The position numbers and the translations under genes were made by a program. A DNA stretch of 32,000 bases from NCBI RefSeq assembly GCF_000260965.1, contig NC_017856.1:1470001-1502000 (forward strand). Reading direction: 5' to 3'. Positions 18,453 to 25,949 of this stretch are shown one piece after another (positions within the stretch are counted from its first letter, which is position 1; every line of letters starts with the position of its first letter). The notes below the pieces were generated by a model, which was not told where the DNA came from, searched no databases, and saw nothing but the letters and a program-made list of their open reading frames with translations. The stretch comes from Methylophaga frappieri (GTDB lineage: Bacteria; Pseudomonadota; Gammaproteobacteria; Nitrosococcales; Methylophagaceae).

Positions 18453-19920
18453 CCTGATCCAGTCCCAATTCAGCCCATATAGCATCAATACGTTCGACCA
18501 CCGCCGCATCCCGCACAATTGGTCTGCCCCACTCTCGGTCAGTTTCACCGGGCAGTTTATTGGTCGCATCCATGCCCATTTTAGAACCTAAACCCGACAC
18601 GGGCGACGCAAAGTCCAAATAATCAATCGGCGTGTTTTCCACCAGCGTGGTGTCACGCGCCGGATCCATTCGTGTGGTAATCGCCCAAATCACATCATTC
18701 CAATCACGCACATTCACATCGTCATCGACCACAATCACAAACTTGGTATACATAAACTGACGTAAAAACGACCACACGCCCATCATCACCCGCTTGGCAT
18801 GCCCCGGATATTGCTTCTTCATGCTCACCACCGCCATGCGATAAGAACAGCCTTCTGGCGGCAGATAAAAATCAACAATTTCCGGAAACTGCTTTTGCAA
18901 AATCGGCACAAACACTTCGTTTAATGCCACGCCCAAAATCGCCGGTTCATCCGGTGGGCGGCCAGTATACGTGCTGTGATAAATCGGATTTTTGCGTTGC
19001 GTAATCCGCTCAATGGTAAACACCGGAAAGGTATCCACTTCATTGTAATAACCGGTGTGGTCACCGTATGGCCCTTCCGGTGCCATATCATTCGGGTAAA
19101 TAAAGCCTTCGAGCACAATCTCGGCATTGGCGGGCACCTGCAAGTCATTACCGATGCTTTTCACCAATTCCGTTTTACTGCCACGTAATAAACCGGCAAA
19201 CGCATATTCCGATAACGTGTCCGGCACCGGCGTCACCGCACCTAAAATGGTGGCCGGGTCGCAACCCAACACCACACTAATCGGGAACGGTTCGCCGGGA
19301 TAGGTCTGTTGCCATTCTTTAAAATCCAACGCGCCACCGCGATGCGACAACCACCGCATAATCACCCGGTTTTTACCAATCACCTGCTGCCGATAAATGC
19401 CCAAATTCTGCCGTTCTTTATGCGGGCCTTTGGTCACCACTAATCCCCAGGTGATTAACGGTGCAGCATCTTCCGGCCAGCAGAGTTGAATCGGGTAATT
19501 GGCTAAATCAATGTCGTCGCCCTCAATCACCTGCTCCTGACACGCGGCTTTTTTAACGACTTTAGGCCCCATATTCAGCACTTGCTTGAAAATGGGTAAC
19601 TTCTCCCACGCGTCTTTCATGCCTTTGGGCGGCTCAGGTTCTTTCAAAAAAGCCAGTAACTTGCCGACTTCACGTAATGCCTCGACCGACTCCTCGCCCA
19701 TGCCCATCGCCACCCGTTTCGGGGTGCCGAATAAATTCACCAATGCTGGTACATTCGAGCCTTTCGGGTTTTCAAACAACAACGCCGGACCACCCGCCCG
19801 CAACACCCTGTCAGCAATTTCCGTCATCTCCAAAGCCGGATCCACTTCCATCTGAATTCGTTTCAACTCGCCTTGCTGCTCAAGGCCATCGATAAAGTCA
19901 CGCAGGTCGGTGTATTTCAT
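18448..19920 (-). CDS. ubiD: 4-hydroxy-3-polyprenylbenzoate decarboxylase UbiD
   Basis: 490 aa. [22 protein letters not shown]...[23 protein letters not shown] is nearly identical in pattern to the E. coli UbiD N-terminus. Confidence 0.92.
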   Translation of the reverse strand: MKYTDLRDFIDGLEQQGELKRIQMEVDPALEMTEIADRVLRAGGPALLFENPKGSNVPALVNLFGTPKRVAMGMGEESVEALREVGKLLAFLKEPEPPKGMKDAWEKLPIFKQVLNMGPKVVKKAACQEQVIEGDDIDLANYPIQLCWPEDAAPLITWGLVVTKGPHKERQNLGIYRQQVIGKNRVIMRWLSHRGGALDFKEWQQTYPGEPFPISVVLGCDPATILGAVTPVPDTLSEYAFAGLLRGSKTELVKSIGNDLQVPANAEIVLEGFIYPNDMAPEGPYGDHTGYYNEVDTFPVFTIERITQRKNPIYHSTYTGRPPDEPAILGVALNEVFVPILQKQFPEIVDFYLPPEGCSYRMAVVSMKKQYPGHAKRVMMGVWSFLRQFMYTKFVIVVDDDVNVRDWNDVIWAITTRMDPARDTTLVENTPIDYLDFASPVSGLGSKMGMDATNKLPGETDREWGRPIVRDAAVVERIDAIWAELGLDQE

Positions 19921-19926
19921 TCGTCT

Positions 19927-20908
19927 TTATTTCTCTTTTAAATCCAGTAACTCAAGTGGGCTGACCACACCTTGCGCCCCCTGTTTCAGCACATGCGTAT
20001 AAATTTCGGTTGTTTTTACATCCGCATGTCCAAGTTGCTGCTGTACTGTCCGAATATCTGCACCTGATTGCAACAAATGGGTGGCAAAAGAATGACGCAA
20101 AGTATGGCCTGGTTACCTGCTTCGTAATGCCTGCGTGTTGCGCTGCAGTTTTAATCGCTTTATTCAAACCGCTTTCGTCAAAATGATGCCGTCGAATTTT
20201 ACCAGAACGTGGATCTACCGATAATTTTGAAGCAGGAAACAAATACTGCCACCCCAATTCAAAAGGCTGACCTGGATATTTTCTTGCTAACGCATCAGGC
20301 ATCCAGACACCATCATAATCATCATTTTTAGAATCCAGCTTTAACAGCCTTTCAACACGTTCAATTTCTAATTTCAACGGTTGGTGAAGCTTACCAGCCA
20401 AGGTAACAATCCTGTTTTTTGCCCCTTTACCATCCCATACATGAATTTGACTTAAATCAAATTCAATATCTTTTACCCGCAACCTGACAAGCTCCATCCG
20501 CCTTAAGCCGGAGCCATACAACAGAGAAATCATCAGTTTTTTGACACCCGAAGTCTGCTTGATCAAATCAGCAGTTTCATTAACCGTTAAGACAACAGGC
20601 AACTTTTTCTTACGAGTTGATTTTTTAAAGGCACCCACATACCCAACGTCCTGCTCCAAAAACCTGCGCTTTAAAAATACAAGGGCATTTAAGGCTATCG
20701 ACTGCGTTGCGGCCGACACATTTCGCTTTACAGCAAGGTACGTTAAAAACTTCTCTATATGGTCATCACCCAACTCCCTCGGGTGTTGCTTATCATTAAA
20801 GACTATGAAATATTTAATCCAATACAAATATGTGTCGACCGTTCTGCGACTATAACGCCTGGTCAACATAAAGGACTCAACAGAACCTAAAAATGCAGAT
20901 TTTTTCAT
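19927..20908 (-). pseudogene. intI: integron integrase gene disrupted by a 1-nt frameshift
   Basis: The N-terminal 260+ aa are typical IntI, including the integron-specific extra segment ALARKYPGQPFELGWQYLFPAS and RRHHFDE. After ..ITKQVT (about 20107-20116) the frame is lost. The next frame, from CAT at 20104-20106 to TAA at 19927-19929, encodes [52 protein letters not shown], which holds box II and the catalytic Tyr. Confidence 0.85.
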
Positions 20909-21028
20909 GCGAATTGTCTCTTCCTTGAAACATTAGCTGGTTAAAACATAGCAAAATACTGGCCTTTTAACTCTTAAAATAAAACATTTAACGCCGACTA
21001 AACAATAACTTACATAACACAAAAAGAG

Positions 21029-21094
21029 AATTATAAGGAAGCCCGTTTAATATTTGTTATAAGGCCGCCGGCCTTATAAAACACACTGTTAAGT
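21029..21094 (+). other. candidate attI recombination site
   Basis: GTTAAGT (21088-21094) fits GTTRRRY and lies 7 nt before the first cassette ATG. CCTTATAAAAC-ACACT-GTTAAGT resembles the attI1 L/R arrangement (CCCTAAAAC-AAA-GTTAGGC). TTATAAGG is present three times (21031, 21057, and inverted at 21072-21079), two of these forming a 23-bp perfect palindrome at 21057-21079. Confidence 0.5.
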
Positions 21095-21100
21095 TTACCC

Positions 21101-21565
21101 ATGAATCAGAGCCACGGAATAGAAGCAGATTATTACCTCTATGGAATAGAGCTGGGAATACTTCAATTTGAAGAGGCTATCGCTTGGGCAGATAAAATCA
21201 TCGAATCGGAAGATTTGCCTTCTGGTGAAATCATTGAAGTCGCATTAGGTAGGCCCAGAGGTCGCAATGGAGTTATGGAATCTCTGAAAGAGGTTTTAGG
21301 TGAAAGAAATCTGCAAGTTTCTGGGGCAATGTTACTTTCTGAACTGAGTAATAGGCTCGCGCAGGGAGAGAGTGTCCGATCAGTAGCACGAAAAGCATTG
21401 GATGTTGCGTAGATTACTCAGCTCCCAGAAGAAGTCCGTTGGGAGTTTGATCAAATAGATGATGAACTGTCGCTTGCTGAGCAAGGAATTTATGGTGACG
21501 TTGAGCAATGTAAATCCGAGTTAATAAATTCACTATCTAGGCACAAATGTCGTGAAAAAACTTAA
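21101..21565 (+). pseudogene. cassette 1 hypothetical protein interrupted by an in-frame amber codon
   Basis: The 103-aa ORF stops at TAG 21410-21412. The same frame then stays open for 50 more codons (ITQLPEEVRWEFDQIDDELSLAEQGIYGDVEQCKSELINSLSRHKCREKT) and ends at the TAA inside the attC R'' box (21563-21565), as other cassette ORFs do. Confidence 0.55.
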
Positions 21566-21649
21566 CAAAGCCAAGCACAATCGCCCAATGCAAAAAGCCG
21601 CATTGGGCTGGACCTCGCTGACGCTCGGCCTGTGTTGGCGGCGTTATCT
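21560..21649 (+). repeat. attC site 1
   Basis: R'' ACTTAAC (21560-21566), R' GTTATCT (21643-21649). L''/L' pairing GCCAA(G)CACA / TGTGTTGGC with an extrahelical base, and a central palindrome CCCAATGC..GCATTGGG. Confidence 0.85.
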
Positions 21650-21667
21650 GTAAGAACACGATGAACC

Positions 21668-22573
21668 ATGATCAAAAGTAAGCCAGAACCAAAAGACTTT
21701 GAAAAACAAAGTGTTCAGTACTTAATTCAAGCACTTGATCTCATTAGGTCAAATGAAGAAAACTTTGAATTTATTGAAGATTGCGATGTTAGAAAAGAAG
21801 ACTACTGGGAATATCATCAAGGGATACTAAACAATTCATTAACGCTACTTTTTTTAAGCTTGGAAAATTATTTAAAAAAAGAGATATGTAGAGTTTCACC
21901 ATTACTTCTTTTGGCAGGCGAACCCAAAAAATGGGGTTCAGCTAAAGAAAGTAAAAAGTTTAGTGAGTTATTTATTCACCAATTTGATGATCTTTTGGTG
22001 TTATATCAAGAGCTAGGACTTGGAGAGCTAACACCACAAACAAAGACCAAATTAGAAGACCTTAGAATAAAGCGGAATCAGATTACACACGGAGTAACTG
22101 AAGGGATCTTGACTCCCAACTATGTCATAGAGACGTTTTACACTGTTGCTGTCCATATTTGGGGGCCGAGAAAATGGTGGGATCAACTCAAAAATCATGT
22201 GTTTAATGAACCATTATTTGGCATATATGATAGTGACCACGAAAAGGCAAGTGTAACGACATATGTTGAGTTTTTGGTGTCCTATTTGGGCAAGGCGAAA
22301 TCTGGTGAGATGCTTGGTGTCAACTTAAAACAAAGAAATTACTATTGCCCATCGTGCCATTACTGGCTTAACCATGAGTATGATGTAACTGATTCAAATT
22401 ACGCTATTTTAAGTCCCAATACTCCAACATCTAAAAATCTATACTGTGTGGTTTGCGACCAAAATTATGAGGTGGAGCGGGAAAATTGCCAGGTGCCTGA
22501 CTGTAAAGGCAACGTAATTGGCGGTGACGGCTACTGCCTGACATGTTGGTCCGAGCAAGATGAAAACAGATAA
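21668..22573 (+). CDS. cassette 2: HEPN-motif protein with a C-terminal double zinc ribbon
   Basis: 301 aa. RNQITH (R-N-x3-H) at 22073-22090 in a helical N-terminal region. The C-terminus has four Cys pairs, CPSC, CVVC, CQVPDC and CLTC (22346-22546). Stop TAA equals the R'' TAA. Confidence 0.6.
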   Translation: MIKSKPEPKDFEKQSVQYLIQALDLIRSNEENFEFIEDCDVRKEDYWEYHQGILNNSLTLLFLSLENYLKKEICRVSPLLLLAGEPKKWGSAKESKKFSELFIHQFDDLLVLYQELGLGELTPQTKTKLEDLRIKRNQITHGVTEGILTPNYVIETFYTVAVHIWGPRKWWDQLKNHVFNEPLFGIYDSDHEKASVTTYVEFLVSYLGKAKSGEMLGVNLKQRNYYCPSCHYWLNHEYDVTDSNYAILSPNTPTSKNLYCVVCDQNYEVERENCQVPDCKGNVIGGDGYCLTCWSEQDENR

Positions 22574-22642
22574 CAAAGCAATCAACTACGCGCCTGCGGC
22601 GCCGGACGCTCGTACCTCGCGCCGGTTATTGCGGCGTTAGGT
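22568..22642 (+). repeat. attC site 2
   Basis: R'' ..ATAAC (TAAC at 22571-22574), R' GTTAGGT (22636-22642). The arms TAACAAAGCAAT(C)AAC / GGTTATTGCGGCGTTA are complementary. Confidence 0.8.
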
Positions 22643-22654
22643 ACCCCTACAATC

Positions 22655-23473
22655 ATGAAACGATACCGAGTATTAGCTTTTAGTTTCGATACGCGAGCTC
22701 GTTTACTTGCGACGGAAATTCAGGATTCTTGGGAGTCGCAAGTAAAGTCGCAATGGATGGAGAACAAGCGAAAAATCCGTGAAGGTCTTGTGCACGAGTT
22801 TGGAGCCCAAAATCACGAAGAGAAAATAGAGAACTTTATAGAGCTCGGAGCAAGCCCTTTATCACTCCTGGCATTTCATAACGCATTCTTAGGGCAATGC
22901 CGAAAATCCTTCGTCGTAGGCTCCTACTATTCCGCCTTGGTATCAGCTTGCACTTTGGGTGAGCGTATCTTGAACCGGCTCATCATTCATCTACGCGAAT
23001 ACTTCAGATCGACGACCGAATACAAAAAAATTTATCGTAAAGAGTCATTCGATAACTGGGAGTATGCGATTGGAACCTTAGAGTCATGGGAGGTGCTACT
23101 TCCGGCGGCTGCCGAAGATCTACGTCAGCTTGGAGGAATCCGACACCAAGCCGTCCACTTCAACCCGGAGACTGACCAAAATGCTCGAGAACTCGCAATC
23201 GAAGCAATTCATTTGCTTCAGAATATTGTTGAGAAGCAGTTTTCGGCGTTTGGGTCACAGCCGTGGTATATCGAGGGCGCTCGAGGAGCGGCTTACGTCG
23301 CAAAACAATATGAAGATTTTCCATTCGTAAAGGAAGTAGTCATTCCAAACTGTGTGTTAGTTGGCCCCCACCATAAGCTTGAGCATGGCTCAAACGGCTG
23401 GATTGTGCACGATGAGGATAATTACGAAGACAAAGAAATCACGGATGACGAGTTTTTATCATTGCTACGTTGA
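22655..23473 (+). CDS. cassette 3: HEPN-motif hypothetical protein
   Basis: 272 aa. RHQAVH (R-x4-H) at 23141-23158 within LRQLGGIRHQAVHFNPE, preceded by a helical segment ..ACTLGERILNRLIIHL... The overall layout is HEPN-like (DUF4145/Abi style). Confidence 0.5.
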   Translation: MKRYRVLAFSFDTRARLLATEIQDSWESQVKSQWMENKRKIREGLVHEFGAQNHEEKIENFIELGASPLSLLAFHNAFLGQCRKSFVVGSYYSALVSACTLGERILNRLIIHLREYFRSTTEYKKIYRKESFDNWEYAIGTLESWEVLLPAAAEDLRQLGGIRHQAVHFNPETDQNARELAIEAIHLLQNIVEKQFSAFGSQPWYIEGARGAAYVAKQYEDFPFVKEVVIPNCVLVGPHHKLEHGSNGWIVHDEDNYEDKEITDDEFLSLLR

Positions 23474-23479
23474 TCGGGC

Positions 23480-23582
23480 ACCTAACGAATCGCTGCAGTT
23501 GACCGCCCAAAGCGCTGCCGCGCTTCGGGTACTCTCCGCAGCCTTCCGCTGATCCGGCGGCAACTGAGCTTGGGCGTTAGGC
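23480..23582 (+). repeat. attC site 3
   Basis: R'' ACCTAAC (23480-23486), R' GTTAGGC (23576-23582). The arms CCTAACG..GCT(G)CAGTTG / CAACTGAGC..CGTTAGG are complementary. Confidence 0.8.
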
Positions 23583-23591
23583 GGTAAGTGA

Positions 23592-24266
23592 ATGGCCAAA
23601 GCTGCTCTTCATGTCAACAAACTGTCTGCTGCAAAGCGTCAGCTTCAAGCGGCAATTCGAATGTATTTTCAATCAGAGGACGAACTTGCAGTTCATACCA
23701 TCGCTGCGGCAGCTTACGGGTTGCTGAAAGATATAAAGAAGTCGCGCGGTATGAGCGAAGCCGCAGATACATATCTTGTCAGTGTTTTCTATATCGTGCG
23801 GGATTACCGACGCGGTAACCTTCCGGAGGAGATGACCAGAGATTCGGATTTTATGACTGAGATAGAGAGACTTGCTGAGAAGCTATCTTCTATTACTGCC
23901 GAATCGAGACTAAGCGATGTCCAAGCTTCTATAGGACCGGAATTGGAACGTCAGTATTGGAACGATACCAATCGAGCCGCAAACTTTTTGAAACACGCTG
24001 ATCGGGACCCTGAGCAAGCCATGCCACTTGATGTAATCGATAATGTACTTCTGCTAGGGAAGGCAGTTTCTTCCTATCAAGATGTTGCACCGGATGATCT
24101 AGGCAACGAAGGGCTCGTTTTTGCTGCGTTTTTGGCGGCCGCAAATGATTCCTATCAGCTTGGTGAGGGTTCGTTTAGCTCTGTTGTGGCATCGATGCGG
24201 AAGGTCCCTGTAGAGCGACGTATCGAGCTCTCTTACGAACTCATTACAAAAATGAATATTGAGTAG
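23592..24266 (+). CDS. cassette 4: hypothetical helical protein with an R-x6-H motif
   Basis: 224 aa. NRAANFLKHADRD (R128..H135, nt 23973-23996). All-helical appearance; the HEPN assignment is tentative. Confidence 0.4.
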   Translation: MAKAALHVNKLSAAKRQLQAAIRMYFQSEDELAVHTIAAAAYGLLKDIKKSRGMSEAADTYLVSVFYIVRDYRRGNLPEEMTRDSDFMTEIERLAEKLSSITAESRLSDVQASIGPELERQYWNDTNRAANFLKHADRDPEQAMPLDVIDNVLLLGKAVSSYQDVAPDDLGNEGLVFAAFLAAANDSYQLGEGSFSSVVASMRKVPVERRIELSYELITKMNIE

Positions 24267-24280
24267 CGTAGAGTGTACCG

Positions 24281-24341
24281 CCTAACAAGCACAGGTTGTT
24301 GGGACGGCCGTACCGGCCGCCCCAACTGTGAGCGTTATGAG
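24281..24341 (+). repeat. attC site 4 (short, 61 bp)
   Basis: R'' GCCTAAC (24281-24287), R' GTTATGA (24335-24341), central palindrome GGCCG-TAC-CGGCC. Confidence 0.8.
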
Positions 24342-24356
24342 CAATAGGAAAGAATC

Positions 24357-25154
24357 ATGAACGTAGATGGTGATGGATTCTTAACCGAGCAGGCAGATCA
24401 GCGCGCGGAATCGGCCATTCAGCCGCACTTGGCTGTGTTCGAAAGGTTGAATGAAATATTGGCGTTGATTCGAGCTTTTATAAAAGCTCACTCCGTTCCT
24501 GTTCAAGAGTCGGAAACCGATCACCAGCGAATTATCGCGCTGGTGTTGGCGACGAGGATTCTGGAGATATCAGAAGCGGGAATTCTTATCATGCGCAAAG
24601 GCATGACTAATGAATCAATGACGATGCTCAGAGTGTTTCTGGACGCGTATTTTGTGTTTGGGAACGTATGCACGAACCCTGGTTTTGTTAAGGAATATTT
24701 TCAAACCGATCTTAGAGCTAGACTCAAACTGATGAATGTATCGCAGCAGCATTCATCAACACTTTTTGCATCAGCTAGAGCCTATGCGGATCAGGAAAAG
24801 GACAACTTAAAAAGCACTGTTGATTCTGAAGGGGCAAAGGCATTCAAAAGTGAAGAATATGCAAAGAATATCGGGTGCAGCGAGATATACGATAGCCTAT
24901 ATAGGTTAACCAGTCCCTCCTTGCATACAACACCGAGATCCCTTGAGAAATATACTCAAGAAGATGACGCTGGAAACATCACTGACTTAGTTGATGGGCC
25001 GCAACCTGGCGATATTGGGCAGCACGCGTATGACTTTGCGCACTTTTTGATCAATGTCTTAGGTGGGCTTCGAGATGTTTTTGGTGAAACTGACAGCGAA
25101 AATCAAGATGAGCTGAAGGACAAGTTGAATGCCTCGGTCAACAAAATCTCATAA
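24357..25154 (+). CDS. cassette 5: hypothetical protein, possibly AbiV/DUF5677-like
   Basis: 265 aa with an AGGAAA RBS. YDSLYRLTSPSLHTTP (R183..H190, nt 24903-24926) resembles the Y..LS...H signature I associate with DUF5677/AbiV-type proteins; not verified. Stop TAA equals the R'' TAA. Confidence 0.45.
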   Translation: MNVDGDGFLTEQADQRAESAIQPHLAVFERLNEILALIRAFIKAHSVPVQESETDHQRIIALVLATRILEISEAGILIMRKGMTNESMTMLRVFLDAYFVFGNVCTNPGFVKEYFQTDLRARLKLMNVSQQHSSTLFASARAYADQEKDNLKSTVDSEGAKAFKSEEYAKNIGCSEIYDSLYRLTSPSLHTTPRSLEKYTQEDDAGNITDLVDGPQPGDIGQHAYDFAHFLINVLGGLRDVFGETDSENQDELKDKLNASVNKIS

Positions 25155-25241
25155 CAATCACACCAAGGTTTGCCCATTACGCTATCGCTCCATGGGCAGG
25201 GACCTCCGCTACGCTGCGGCCCCTTGTGTGTGGCGTTACAA
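25149..25241 (+). repeat. attC site 5
   Basis: TAAC at 25152-25155, R' GTTACAA (25235-25241), central palindrome TGCCCAT..ATGGGCA. Its flanks are related to attC sites 1, 7 and 8. Confidence 0.8.
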
Positions 25242-25243
25242 CT

Positions 25244-25549
25244 CTATGTCCCACGTTTGATATCACGGTAGAAATTTTCATGGGAGCCAAGCGCCATTAA
25301 TTCCAAAATCAACTGTCCTTCGTCAAAACTATATCCGAGCAAGGTCAGCTGTTTGTTCATCTTGAATTTATGTACACGCAAAAAAGCTAGGTCGCCTTTC
25401 TTCTGCTCCCCAAGTTTTGGGTCTTTCATCAGTGCTTTAATAGCTGTATCCAAATCCTTTTTTTGGTTTGGCTTCAACTTTTTCACCACCTTTTTAAACG
25501 TAGGTGTTTGTAATACACTAACGACCTTAGCCAAAGTCGTATTCCTCAA
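25244..25549 (-). CDS. type II toxin, RelE/ParE family (reverse-oriented cassette 6)
   Basis: About 100 aa. ..TPTFKKVVKKLKPNQKKDLDTAIKALMKDPKLGEQKKGDL...LILELMALGSHENFYRDIKR is a typical RelE/ParE pattern. The start is uncertain: the track start at 25549 is a TTG that overlaps the antitoxin 3' end. Confidence 0.75.
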   Translation of the reverse strand: MRNTTLAKVVSVLQTPTFKKVVKKLKPNQKKDLDTAIKALMKDPKLGEQKKGDLAFLRVHKFKMNKQLTLLGYSFDEGQLILELMALGSHENFYRDIKRGT

Positions 25550-25748
25550 GCTTTCCAGCCTCTTTTTCCGCCTTGGCTATGATCGCCTGCTTAACAAATT
25601 CATATGGCAAATCTGGGTTATCTTCCATCATTTCGCCAATTTTCGCCCAGTGCTCAATCTGCTTAGGCGGAGTTCTATTCAAGGCTTTTGCCATAATCGT
25701 GGCTTTATCAATCAGGTCTTGGTCTAATCGTATGCTTGTTGTAGCCAT
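25527..25748 (-). CDS. type II antitoxin, ParD-like family
   Basis: ATG at 25748 with a GGAGGA RBS; 73 aa. ..RTPPKQIEHWAKIGEMMEDNP resembles the conserved QIEHWA..G block of ParD-like (PaaA2-type) antitoxins. It lies upstream of, and overlaps, the toxin gene. Confidence 0.7.
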   Translation of the reverse strand: MATTSIRLDQDLIDKATIMAKALNRTPPKQIEHWAKIGEMMEDNPDLPYEFVKQAIIAKAEKEAGKLEEYDFG

Positions 25749-25810
25749 GGTCACATCCTCCGCAAGTCGGCATATTGCGGAATGTAGCATAATGCCACAA
25801 ATGGGGCAAG

Positions 25811-25901
25811 TTGTAACAAGGTGTTGTTGTCGCAGCGCAAAAGGCCGCGCTGCTGGGACGCCTTCGCTGGCGCTCCGGCGCCCCAAAACACGGCGTTATG
25901 T
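25811..25901 (+). repeat. attC site 6
   Basis: TAAC at 25814-25817, R' GTTATGT (25895-25901). The arms TAACAAGGTGTT(G)TTG / CAAAACACGGCGTTA are complementary. Confidence 0.8.
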
Positions 25902-25949
25902 GCTCTCATCTAAGGAAACCCTGTGCTAGCTGAATCAGACAGGAAGTTT

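Noticed and set aside
20925-20953. A candidate plus-strand cassette promoter: TTGAAA (20925-20930) with ATAGCA or TAGCAA about 17-18 nt downstream.
   Set aside because: The -10 element is weak and there are many alternatives in this AT-rich region. This is not enough evidence to annotate a Pc without transcription start data.
20909-21100. Looked for a LexA box (CTGT-N8-ACAG) near the intI promoter, as described for many integrons.
   Set aside because: No CTGT-N8-ACAG match is visible on either strand of the intI-attI intergenic region. SOS control cannot be inferred from the sequence.
23130-23818. Alternative-frame ORFs (23130-23330, 23361-23552, 23588-23818) within and between cassettes 3 and 4.
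   Set aside because: They overlap longer ORFs that have better coding character, or they span attC 3.
25353-25929. Plus-strand ORFs of 124 aa and 118 aa across the toxin-antitoxin cassette.
   Set aside because: They are antisense to the recognisable ParE/RelE and ParD-like genes and run across attC 6. Their translations are low-complexity.
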